A stretch of 64,000 bases of DNA from a bacterium (GTDB lineage: Bacteria; Patescibacteriota; Microgenomatia; UBA1400; UBA12108): assembly GCA_037133595.1 (NCBI GenBank), contig JBAXNV010000001.1, forward strand, positions 30,479-94,478. The letters run 5' to 3'. Below are positions 38,462 through 47,521 of this stretch, one piece after another. A program made the position numbers and the translations under genes. The notes beneath the pieces were generated by a model that was not told the origin of the DNA, made no database searches, and saw only the letters and a list, made by a program, of their open reading frames with translations. Every line of letters begins with the position of its first letter. The stretch's first letter is position 1.

Positions 38462-40098
38462 TGAAAAGTTTTTGGACCAGACTCCTTACTTTTCTTGACG
38501 CCAATATTCTTACCATCCTTACGGCGCTACTTATTGTTGTTGTTCCGCTCTATCCCAAGCTCCCTCTAGCCGATCTACTAGAAGGCTATATTGTGCGCCT
38601 GCGCCTCGAGGATATCCTCATTGCTTTTGCCTGTTTGGTATATTTTGTTCAGCTACTGCGCAAACGCATCGCACTACCCACCTCGATCGTTGCTCGGCTT
38701 ATGCTTGGCTATATTATTGTCGGGTTTCTCTCCAGCTTGTCGGCTCTATTTATAACCAATACCGTGCCATTGCTTACTTCGCACGTCTTTAAGCTCGGGC
38801 TACATCTTTTTCGCCGCATCGAATATTTTTCGCTCTTCTTTATTGCTTACAGTAGTATCAGAACTCGCCGTGATCTCAAGCTATTTGTCGCCGTCGCGCT
38901 AGCGACCCTTCTTGCAGTAGTTGTTTATGGGTTTGGGCAAAAGTATCTCTACTGGCCTGCTTTCTCAACCATGAATCGCGAGTTTAGCAAGGGCATGCGT
39001 CTCTACCTTACCCCGACTAGTCGCGTCATGAGTACATTTGGTGGTCATTACGACTACGGGGCATACCTGATGATTATTCTTACTGGCCTTATCTCTGGCA
39101 TCTGGCTAGTCAAAAACAAGCTTGTCAAAATTGGGCTTGGCCTTTTGGCACTTGGCTCATACTGGTCGCTCTTACTTACCTCTTCCCGCTCAAGCTTTGG
39201 CGGCTACGTTGCAGGCGTTACGGCAATCGCGCTATTACTCGCTTTTCGTCAAGGTTTTTGGTGGTCACTCAAAAGGTATGTGGCTGTAATGATTGTAAGT
39301 CTTGTTATGATGCTGACAATTGGCGATCTTTCCACTCGCTTTCTCCAGGTAGTGCAGTCTCCCGATGCCATTCATCAATTTATCCCTTGGGTAGAGACTG
39401 GCAAGATTGAGGAAAATATATACAAAACCAAAGACTTTTTTTTGCGCCTTGCCGAGCTCAAAAGAAATCTCACCGAGCCCAAAAAAGAGCCTCCCAAAAA
39501 TGGTATCTCAACCGACGAACTTGCCAAGGTCGCAGTCCCCTCGGATGTGCCCCCAACCGACACCAAGCCGCTCCCTCCCGATGTCACTCAAGCTGAGGAT
39601 GATGTGCGCAACCAGCCAACAGCAACCGCCACCGTGTCTGCGGGTAGCAACTACAGCGAAAATGCGCTCAAGTACGGCCTCTCCGCGGCAATAAGACTCG
39701 ATGTTCTCTGGCCTCAGGCAATCGCTTCATTTAAGAAAAATCCACTCCTGGGTACGGGCTACTCCACTCTCGTCAAAGGTCAAAACGAAGAGTTTACTCA
39801 AGCTGAGTCGACCGACAACGATTATCTGCGCATGCTTGGCGAGACTGGGCTTTTGGGTACACTACTTTTTCTTTCGCTCCCACTTTATCTAGGCTATCTT
39901 GCAATTGTGGCTTATAAAAAGGCTCAAACGCCTCTCGACCAAGTACTCTTGCTTTCGATGCTTGGGGCAAGTATCGCGATGCTAGTTAACGCGACCTACA
40001 TTGATGTTTTCGAGAGTAGCAAAGTCGCCTATACTTTTTGGCTACTTGCCGCAATCATGCTTCGCACAACCGAGCTTGTACGTGGGAAACAAAAATGA
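38461..40098 (+). CDS. O-antigen ligase (Wzy_C/WaaL)-like membrane protein
   Basis: R..STF, T.SR, S..IR...W, NP.LGTG, DNDYLR.LGE.G.LG. Confidence 0.8.
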   Translation: MKSFWTRLLTFLDANILTILTALLIVVVPLYPKLPLADLLEGYIVRLRLEDILIAFACLVYFVQLLRKRIALPTSIVARLMLGYIIVGFLSSLSALFITNTVPLLTSHVFKLGLHLFRRIEYFSLFFIAYSSIRTRRDLKLFVAVALATLLAVVVYGFGQKYLYWPAFSTMNREFSKGMRLYLTPTSRVMSTFGGHYDYGAYLMIILTGLISGIWLVKNKLVKIGLGLLALGSYWSLLLTSSRSSFGGYVAGVTAIALLLAFRQGFWWSLKRYVAVMIVSLVMMLTIGDLSTRFLQVVQSPDAIHQFIPWVETGKIEENIYKTKDFFLRLAELKRNLTEPKKEPPKNGISTDELAKVAVPSDVPPTDTKPLPPDVTQAEDDVRNQPTATATVSAGSNYSENALKYGLSAAIRLDVLWPQAIASFKKNPLLGTGYSTLVKGQNEEFTQAESTDNDYLRMLGETGLLGTLLFLSLPLYLGYLAIVAYKKAQTPLDQVLLLSMLGASIAMLVNATYIDVFESSKVAYTFWLLAAIMLRTTELVRGKQK

Positions 40099-41522
40099 AA
40101 AAACTCGCAACAGTTTTCCTACTCGTAATCATGGGGCTTGGAGCCACTCTGCGTACATACAAGCTCCACGAGCCCCTTGGCGACTGGCACAGTTGGCGCC
40201 AGGCCGACACAGCCTCGGTTGCGCGCGAATATGTCAAAGCAGGCAAGATCGATCTACTACACCCCCAGTATCACGACCTTAGTAGCATCCCCTCAGGGCT
40301 AGACAATCTTGCTGGTTGGCGTTTTGTCGAGTTCCCCCTAAGAGACGCGCTCCATGCTCAGCTTGTGATGTGGTTCCCTTCAGTTGGCCTAGTTGAGTGG
40401 GGGAGGATAATCTCAATCGTTGCCTCAACGCTTACGATTGGGTTGATCTATTTGGTAGTCACTTATCTTTCTGGCTCTCGCGCTGGTCTATTTTCGGCGC
40501 TAATCTTTGCGATTCTCCCTTACAATATTTATTATGGCCGCGTTATTTTGCCCGAGCCAATGCTTGTTCTGTTTATGTTACTTTCGCTTTACGCCTTTTT
40601 TCGCGCCTGGGATAGTGGCAAACCAAAATGGTGGCTAGCGACGTTAGTTGCTCTTGCAACAACTCTCCTTTTCAAACCCACTGGCGCCGTGATCCTACTC
40701 CCCATGTTTGGTTATGGTCTTGGCTCCCTTGGCAAGATCAGTATCCGCAATACTATCTTTGCGCTCCTTTTGCCGCTATTAGCTTTTGTCCCGTATTTAC
40801 TTTGGCGACGCTATCTTGCCGCATTCCCCGAGGGCATCCCAGCTAGTTCTTGGCTGTTTAATGGCAACGGGATTAGGCTCAAGGGTGCTTGGTTTCGCTG
40901 GCTCTTTGGCGAGCGTTTGGGCAAGATGATTCTTGGGTATTGGGGACTTTTGCCACTCGGGTTTGGGCTACATCGCCTTGGTGGCAAGCTCAAAGAAACC
41001 CTCGTGTATGGCGGACTTCTTTTGGGCTCACTTACCTACATGGCAGTTATTGCAACAGGCAACGTACAGCATGATTATTATCAGATCCAAATTATGCCAA
41101 CAGTAGCAATCCTTGTAGGTCTCGGCATCGACTACATGCTTACGCTCTCCAAAGGTTTTAAGTTGGTTACTACCACAATCCTCATTGTCACCTCACTCTC
41201 ACTTATGCTTGCACTGTCGTGGTACGAGCTTCAGGGATTTTTCTGGGTCAACAATCGCGCCATGGTCCAAGCGGGCATCGAGCTAGACGCCATCTCGCCC
41301 AAGGACGCGCTCGTTATCGCGCCTTATATGGGCGACACAGCTTTTCTCTTCCAGACCAATCGCCGCGGTTGGCCCATAGGGGGGGCTATCGAATTCAAAA
41401 TAAATTCTGGAGCTAGCTATTATGTAACAACTACTAAAGATGCCGAGTATCAGGATCTTGTATCCAAGTACACTCTTGTCAAAGATACCGATCAATTCTC
41501 AATTATCAAGTTGTCCAAATAA
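40095..41522 (+). CDS. GT-C (PMT_2) membrane glycosyltransferase
   Basis: DWH.WRQ.DTA.VAR, EFP, GR...PE, H.YY. Confidence 0.82.
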   Translation: MKKLATVFLLVIMGLGATLRTYKLHEPLGDWHSWRQADTASVAREYVKAGKIDLLHPQYHDLSSIPSGLDNLAGWRFVEFPLRDALHAQLVMWFPSVGLVEWGRIISIVASTLTIGLIYLVVTYLSGSRAGLFSALIFAILPYNIYYGRVILPEPMLVLFMLLSLYAFFRAWDSGKPKWWLATLVALATTLLFKPTGAVILLPMFGYGLGSLGKISIRNTIFALLLPLLAFVPYLLWRRYLAAFPEGIPASSWLFNGNGIRLKGAWFRWLFGERLGKMILGYWGLLPLGFGLHRLGGKLKETLVYGGLLLGSLTYMAVIATGNVQHDYYQIQIMPTVAILVGLGIDYMLTLSKGFKLVTTTILIVTSLSLMLALSWYELQGFFWVNNRAMVQAGIELDAISPKDALVIAPYMGDTAFLFQTNRRGWPIGGAIEFKINSGASYYVTTTKDAEYQDLVSKYTLVKDTDQFSIIKLSK

Positions 41523-41523
41523 T

Positions 41524-42720
41524 ATGAAAATCCTAATGCTAACGCCATATCTTCCTTACCCCTTGGTTAGTGGTGGGCAGATCCGCACCTACAATCTCCT
41601 CAAGCACCTTAGCAAAAATCATGACATCACGCTCTTTGCCCTAATCAAAGATGAGTCGGAGCGCAAGTATCTCAAAGAGCTCGAAAAGTACTGTAGTCGG
41701 ATTGAGCTGTTTTCTCGTACCAAAAATCCATGGCACCCACGCAACATCCTTCTTGCTGGTTTTACTCCGTACCCATTTGTCGTTACTCGCAATCTCCCAC
41801 TCGGTATGCGCCATGCAATCGAGGCCGAGCTTACGCGGAAAAAATACGACATTATCCACGCCGAAACCTTCTACATGATGCCCAACATCCCCCCCACCAA
41901 GATCCCCACGATCCTTGCCGAGCAAACAATTGAGTATCTGGGATATCAGGACTATGCCAACAAGGTCAACTCACTTATTCGCCTCTTTCTTAATCTAGAT
42001 ATTGCCAAGATCAAGTACTGGGAGCGCTACTTTTGGAACAAGTCCGACAAGCTTATTACCATGTCCGAGGAAGATCGCAACTTCATCGAGAAAGAACTCG
42101 GCCATACTCTTAACGCGAGCGTTGTTGCCAATGGTGTTGATATTGAGTACTTTATGGGTACCAAGAAAAAGCTCCCCAAAGATCCAACCGTTCTTTTTGT
42201 TGGTACTTTCAAATGGCTTCCCAATATCGAGGCGGTGGAGGAGATCGTACACAAAATTTGGCCGCTTATCAAAAAAGCACTCCCGAGTGCCAAGCTCAAG
42301 ATTGTTGGCTTCTCGCCAACCAAAAAAATCCAAAGCTATGCCACAGATCCTTCAATCGAAGTCTTGGGTGGGGTAGAGGATATTCGCGACGCATTTGCAA
42401 CCGCTCATGTTCTACTAGCTCCAATCCGAAGTGGCAAGGGGACTAGGTTTAAGGTCTTGGAGGCCATGGTTACAGCAACACCAGTTGTTGCAACCAACCT
42501 TGCTGTTGAGGGTATTGCGCTTCAGCCCGGGGTAAATGTTCTTACTGCTGACAAAAGTGCTGATCTGGCAGCTCTCACAGTTAAACTTTTACAAGATTCC
42601 AAGCTCCAAACAAGTATGGGCGAGGCAGGCCGTGCTGTTGTGCGTGCTACATATAGTTGGGATAGTATTGCCAAAGAGTTAGATCGCGTTTACAAAGAAT
42701 TTATCAATCACAAAGGATAA
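41524..42720 (+). CDS. GT4 glycosyltransferase
   Basis: PYLPYP..SGG.IR, NGVD, PI..G.GTR.KVLEAM, EG. Confidence 0.9.
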   Translation: MKILMLTPYLPYPLVSGGQIRTYNLLKHLSKNHDITLFALIKDESERKYLKELEKYCSRIELFSRTKNPWHPRNILLAGFTPYPFVVTRNLPLGMRHAIEAELTRKKYDIIHAETFYMMPNIPPTKIPTILAEQTIEYLGYQDYANKVNSLIRLFLNLDIAKIKYWERYFWNKSDKLITMSEEDRNFIEKELGHTLNASVVANGVDIEYFMGTKKKLPKDPTVLFVGTFKWLPNIEAVEEIVHKIWPLIKKALPSAKLKIVGFSPTKKIQSYATDPSIEVLGGVEDIRDAFATAHVLLAPIRSGKGTRFKVLEAMVTATPVVATNLAVEGIALQPGVNVLTADKSADLAALTVKLLQDSKLQTSMGEAGRAVVRATYSWDSIAKELDRVYKEFINHKG

Positions 42721-42721
42721 A

Positions 42722-43633
42722 ATGCCAAATAACAATACAAAGCCAGACCTTTCTGTTATTATTCTCAACTACAATGCCGAGAAGTTTCTTCGCGATACTC
42801 TTACTTCGGTACTAAAGCAAAAGGGGCTAGTTATCGAGACTATTGTGGTCGACAATAATAGCAAAGACAACAGTAGGTCAATGGTTGCAAGCGAGTTTCC
42901 TACAGTTCTTTGGGTTCAGCGCGACACCTCCATGGGTTTCTCTGCAGGCAACAATGCAGGGCTACCTCACGCTCACGCCGAGACTATTCTTTTTCTTAAC
43001 CCAGACACCAAGATCCAAGGTGTCAACGATCTCAAAAAATGCTACGACAAGCTCTACAGCGACGACACAATTGGTACCCTTACTGCCAGATTAGATCTAG
43101 TGATTACTGGCGGCATCGACGAGACCTGTCATCGTGGCTTCCCCACTCCTTGGGCCAGCCTTACCCACTTTGCTGGGCTAGATCACATGTTCCCCAATTC
43201 GCCACTTTTTGCCCAGTACACCAAGTCGTATCTTGGTTACGACAACGAGCACGAGATCGACGCAGTTGGCGGGATGTTTATGCTAATGCGAAAGAGCGTT
43301 GGCGAGTTGGTTGGTTGGTGGGACGAGGACTATCCACTTTATGGCGAGGATCTTGATTTTTGCTACCGTATCAAAGAAGCGGGTTACCGCAATCTTTACT
43401 ACCCAGCAGTTACTGTGCTTCATTACAAGGGTGTTAGTACTGGTATGAGCAAGCATAGTAAGACAGTCACAACTGCAAGCAAAGAGACAACAAGGAGAGT
43501 CAAAGGCTGGTCAATTACCGCGATGGAGCTTTTTTACAACAAACATTACAAGAATAAATATCCACTTTTTCTTACCTGGCTAGTTAAGTTGGGGATTAAG
43601 GGTATGTACTTTTTGCGCGTTACCTTGGCGTAG
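42722..43633 (+). CDS. GT2 glycosyltransferase (WbbL-like)
   Basis: IILNYN, VDNNS.D, GF.AGNN, FLNPD, YGEDLD.C.R, H..G.S. Confidence 0.9.
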   Translation: MPNNNTKPDLSVIILNYNAEKFLRDTLTSVLKQKGLVIETIVVDNNSKDNSRSMVASEFPTVLWVQRDTSMGFSAGNNAGLPHAHAETILFLNPDTKIQGVNDLKKCYDKLYSDDTIGTLTARLDLVITGGIDETCHRGFPTPWASLTHFAGLDHMFPNSPLFAQYTKSYLGYDNEHEIDAVGGMFMLMRKSVGELVGWWDEDYPLYGEDLDFCYRIKEAGYRNLYYPAVTVLHYKGVSTGMSKHSKTVTTASKETTRRVKGWSITAMELFYNKHYKNKYPLFLTWLVKLGIKGMYFLRVTLA

Positions 43634-43645
43634 TACAATCAAGCT

Positions 43646-44719
43646 ATGCTCATTGCAATCGATGCTCGTTTCTATGGCACAGAGAATACCGGTCTTGGCC
43701 GCTATACTCAAAATGTGCTTGCGCATTTTTTTGAAAAAGATGATACCAACGAGTACATCGTATTTGTTACCCCCAAATATGCTAGACTCATATTCCCAGG
43801 CAGAGTAAAGGTTGTGCCCATTAATGTACGTCACTACACACTTGCCGAGCAATTGGTAATACCTTATCTATTGCTCAAGTATCGTGCAGAATTACTGTAC
43901 ACTCTTCACTTCAATGCACCCATTTTCTGCCCCGTTCCATTAGTTATCACGATTCACGATCTTATAAAGACTCATTTTCAGGACATTGCAACTTCTACTC
44001 ATGGTCATTTGGCTTTTGCCATCAAAAGGTGGGGGTATCGCACCGTGATGGGCGCCGTAATCGCAAATGCCAAGAATATCATTGTCCCGTCAGTCGCTGT
44101 CAAATCCGATATTCTTACGGCCTATCCAGATGCAGTAGGAACCAAAATAATCCCAATTCACGAGGCAGTTGACTCATTCTTTGTTAATTCTGCCCCCAAA
44201 ATAATCGCCAAACCAAAAATATTTTCCTCTCTCTTCAACCTGCTTTTTGTTGGCAATGCTTACCCTCACAAAAATCTTACTAATCTACTCTCCGCTTTCA
44301 CCATTTTGCGAAGAGAAGGCGATTACCATCTTACGATCTTAAGCAAAAAAACACCTTTTCTTGCCAGCGCATTAAAAAAACTCAACCCGATCGATCGCCC
44401 ATTTGTTGCAGTCGATGAAGACGTTAGCGACAAGGCATTGCTGCGCCATTACACTACAACAGGAGTCTTGGTAGTGCCATCGTTTATGGAGGGGTTTGGG
44501 CTCCCAGCTCTAGAGGCTTTATCGGTGGGTACGCCCGTTGCCGCTTCAGACATTCCAGTCTTTCGCGAGGTATACGGCAAGCATGTTACCTATTTCAATC
44601 CTTTTGATGCGCTCTCAATGGTCAAAGGGATCAAGCAGGCTTTAGGCAACGGTGTAATTTATCAATATCCAAGGACGTGGGGGCAGGTAGCTACTGAGAT
44701 TCGCAAGGTGCTACTGTGA
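43646..44719 (+). CDS. GT4 glycosyltransferase (MtfB-like)
   Basis: IDAR, TG.GRY, TIHDL, GNAYPHKN, PS..EGFGLP.LEA. Confidence 0.9.
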   Translation: MLIAIDARFYGTENTGLGRYTQNVLAHFFEKDDTNEYIVFVTPKYARLIFPGRVKVVPINVRHYTLAEQLVIPYLLLKYRAELLYTLHFNAPIFCPVPLVITIHDLIKTHFQDIATSTHGHLAFAIKRWGYRTVMGAVIANAKNIIVPSVAVKSDILTAYPDAVGTKIIPIHEAVDSFFVNSAPKIIAKPKIFSSLFNLLFVGNAYPHKNLTNLLSAFTILRREGDYHLTILSKKTPFLASALKKLNPIDRPFVAVDEDVSDKALLRHYTTTGVLVVPSFMEGFGLPALEALSVGTPVAASDIPVFREVYGKHVTYFNPFDALSMVKGIKQALGNGVIYQYPRTWGQVATEIRKVLL

Positions 44720-45801
44720 AAGTTGCGATAGTTTATGATCGTCTCAACAAGTGGGGCGGGGCAGAGCGAGTTTTACTTGCTTTTCACGAGCTTTTTCCAG
44801 GTGCTGTGTGGTATACGAGTGTATGGGATCCCAGAGTGGCGACTTTTTCGGCCAATTGGGATGTGCATACAAGCTGGCTCAACAAAATCCCTTTTCTTCG
44901 CCATCTGCACGAATGGATGCCGTATCTTATGCCATACATTTTCGAGAGCTTCGACTTGGCCAGCTATGATTTAATCATTTCAATTAGTTCCGAAAGTGCC
45001 AAGGGGGTTATCACCAAGCCAGGTACCATCCATCTCAATTACTGCCTCACTCCAACTCGATATCTATATTCTCACACTGGGGTATATCTCAAGCAAAATC
45101 CAATATATCGCTTAGTTGCCAATGTTCTACGCAAGTGGGATCAGGTTGCGGCGACGCGGCCTGATGAAATGATAGCAATAAGTACCCAAGTGAAAAATAG
45201 AATACAAAAATACTACAATCGCGACAGTGAAGTCATTTTTCCTCCAATTGATATCAAAATATTTTCACCAAGCCCTCAAGGTCTGACCCTGAGGGGCGAT
45301 TATTACCTCGTCGTTTCTCGTCTTGTGCCATACAAGAATATTGATCAAATCGTTAAGGCGTTCAATAAACTGCCAGACAAAAAGCTTGTTATCATTGGAG
45401 TTGGCTCGGAATCAGCCAAGTTGCGCAAGCTAGCAGGCCCAAACATCACATTTCTAGGTCAAGTTGAAGAATCTGCACTCGTTGGCTACTATGCAAGAGC
45501 CAAAGCGTTTATCCAGGCCAATATCGAGGATTTTGGGCTAGCAATGGTCGAGGCACAGGCTGTAGGGATCCCTGTGATTGCCAAAAGAGGTGGTGGGGCA
45601 AACGACATTGTTTTGGACGGCGCAACTGGCTTGTTGTATGATGGCAAAGGAGCTGGCGCGCTGATCCTCGCCATAACTCAATTTGAGACCCAAACATTTG
45701 CAAAAGCTGCCTGCCGCGCAAATGCTCAAAGATTTGATACACATATATGGCAAAGAAAAATAATGGAAAGGGTCACGAATTTATGTCAGAACAAAATCTA
45801 G
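44716..45801 (+). CDS. GT4 glycosyltransferase (WbaZ-like mannosyltransferase)
   Basis: GGAERV, YC.TP.RY, SRLVPYK, EDFG...VEA.A.G.PVIA..GG. Confidence 0.9.
   Translation: MKVAIVYDRLNKWGGAERVLLAFHELFPGAVWYTSVWDPRVATFSANWDVHTSWLNKIPFLRHLHEWMPYLMPYIFESFDLASYDLIISISSESAKGVITKPGTIHLNYCLTPTRYLYSHTGVYLKQNPIYRLVANVLRKWDQVAATRPDEMIAISTQVKNRIQKYYNRDSEVIFPPIDIKIFSPSPQGLTLRGDYYLVVSRLVPYKNIDQIVKAFNKLPDKKLVIIGVGSESAKLRKLAGPNITFLGQVEESALVGYYARAKAFIQANIEDFGLAMVEAQAVGIPVIAKRGGGANDIVLDGATGLLYDGKGAGALILAITQFETQTFAKAACRANAQRFDTHIWQRKIMERVTNLCQNKI
45273..45295. repeat. 23-bp quasi-palindrome CCCTCAAGGTCTGACCCTGAGGG, copy 1 (in frame, PQGLTLR)
   Basis: Identical to 59769-59791. Confidence 0.9.
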
Positions 45802-46892
45802 AACACGTTTATGTAGTCATCCTTTGTGGTGGTGGTGGTACTCGGCTCTGGCCACTTTCTCGCAACAAAACTCCCAAGCAATTTATAGAGTTGGTTGGTG
45901 GGGAAACTCTATTTAAGAAGACATACGACCGCGCTCTTGCCCTTGTTCCTCAAGATCACATCTATATCATGACCAATCAGGAATATATGGAAGATATTTA
46001 CAGGCAAGCCCCAGAGATAACTAGTAATCGCATTGTCGCCGAACCAGTCAAAAAAAATACGGCACTAGCTATGGGCGTAATTGCCGGGATAATCCATGTC
46101 CAAGATAAGGATGCAGTTATTATCAATCTTGCTTCTGATCATCTCGTAGGGAATCTGGAAAAATTCAAAAAAACAGTTCTAGCTGCTGCAGATTACGCGG
46201 CCGATCACGACTGTTTTGTTTCGGTTGGTATCCAACCAGTCTTTCCACATCCTGGCCTTGGCTATATTCATCGTGGTGTTAGAATCCACGATGACAATGG
46301 CACCTCGGTATATCAGGTACAGGGATTTCAGGAGAAGCCAACCTCAGCTGTTGCCACTGAATATCTCAAAAGTGGCGAATATTATTGGAATGCCAATCTT
46401 TATACTTGGTCATCCAAAGTAATTCTCTCAGAATTCAAACTTCTTTCGCCAATTCTTTATACTCACATCCAAAACATTATGGCCTGCATCGGCAAGTCAA
46501 ATTACGAAACCTGCTTTGCTACAGAATATGCTAATGCTCCCGAAGAGGCAATTGATACTGCAATCTCAGAAAAAACCAAAAAACTTGTGGTTATTCCTGG
46601 CAACTTTGGCTGGAGCGATGTGGGTAGTTGGAATGTTGTGCATGATGAAGTGGCCAAGGATGAGGCAGGTAATGCGCTGGTTGAGCGCGAGGCTGGTGCC
46701 GATTGGGTACGGATCGATACGCATGATTCACTAGTCTCTGTGGGGCGTAAATTCGTGGCGACTATTGGAGTTTCCGATCTTATGATCATCGATACTCCCG
46801 ATGCATTACTCATCACCAAGAAAAATCGAGCTCAAGAAGTCAAAAAGATCATTGAAGAGCTCAAAATAAAGGGCTATAAAGAACTTCTATGA
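45783..46892 (+). CDS. manC: Mannose-1-phosphate guanylyltransferase (monofunctional)
   Basis: GG.GTRLWPLSR..PKQF, EP..KNTA, SDH, GY, EKP, WN, WSDVGSW; no PMI cupin. Confidence 0.92.
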   Translation: MSEQNLEHVYVVILCGGGGTRLWPLSRNKTPKQFIELVGGETLFKKTYDRALALVPQDHIYIMTNQEYMEDIYRQAPEITSNRIVAEPVKKNTALAMGVIAGIIHVQDKDAVIINLASDHLVGNLEKFKKTVLAAADYAADHDCFVSVGIQPVFPHPGLGYIHRGVRIHDDNGTSVYQVQGFQEKPTSAVATEYLKSGEYYWNANLYTWSSKVILSEFKLLSPILYTHIQNIMACIGKSNYETCFATEYANAPEEAIDTAISEKTKKLVVIPGNFGWSDVGSWNVVHDEVAKDEAGNALVEREAGADWVRIDTHDSLVSVGRKFVATIGVSDLMIIDTPDALLITKKNRAQEVKKIIEELKIKGYKELL

Positions 46893-47521
46893 TGACTTAT
46901 CAAACCACGCTCAAAAGAGTGCTAGATCTATTGGTCGCCTCTGTACTTTCAATAATTTTTCTGCCGGTTTGGTTGCTGGTACCAATACTTGTCAAGTTAA
47001 CATCCCCAGGGAAAATTCTATACAGTCACAAAAGAGTCGGGCAAAATGGCATAGAGTTTGAGATGTTTAAGTTCCGCTCCATGGTGCTTGATGCCGATGA
47101 TATCTTACACAACGGCGACAAAAAACTGTTAGAAAAATTTAAAAAACACGACTGGAAACTAGAAGCCAAAGATGATCCTCGCATCACTGCATTGGGGAGA
47201 GTATTAAGAGCGCTCACGATCGATGAGTTCCCGCAGCTGCTCAATGTGTTCCGCGGTGAGATGAGTATGGTTGGTCCTCGCGCCTATCTTCAAAAAGAGC
47301 TCAATGAACAGCTGCAAAAATATCCAATCGCCAAAAAAGATATTACGGTCGTTCTTACCGCCAAACCAGGTATTACTGGCCTCTGGCAGGTATCGGGGAG
47401 GAATGAAATTACGTTTGACAAAAGAGCTCATCTTGATGCAGAATATGTAAGAGGAGCTTCCCTATGGAAAGATTTGACAATACTAGTAAAAACCCCCAAA
47501 GCAATGATCAGCAAATGGTGA
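46889..47521 (+). CDS. Polyprenyl-phosphate phosphoglycosyl transferase (Bac_transf, PglC/WbaP catalytic type)
   Basis: KR.LD, KFRSM, DPRIT..G..LR..IDE.PQL.NV..G.MS.VGPR, PG.TGLWQV.GR. Confidence 0.93.
   Translation: MMTYQTTLKRVLDLLVASVLSIIFLPVWLLVPILVKLTSPGKILYSHKRVGQNGIEFEMFKFRSMVLDADDILHNGDKKLLEKFKKHDWKLEAKDDPRITALGRVLRALTIDEFPQLLNVFRGEMSMVGPRAYLQKELNEQLQKYPIAKKDITVVLTAKPGITGLWQVSGRNEITFDKRAHLDAEYVRGASLWKDLTILVKTPKAMISKW

Noticed and set aside
41492-41512. TCAATTC-TCAATTA-TCAAGTT 7-mer run
   Set aside because: Only three degenerate units in AT-rich sequence, too weak on its own.
42737-42752. CAAAGCCAGACCTTT as another copy of the AGGTCTGACC family
   Set aside because: Only about 11/15 identity, and KPDLS is an ordinary GT2 N-terminus.
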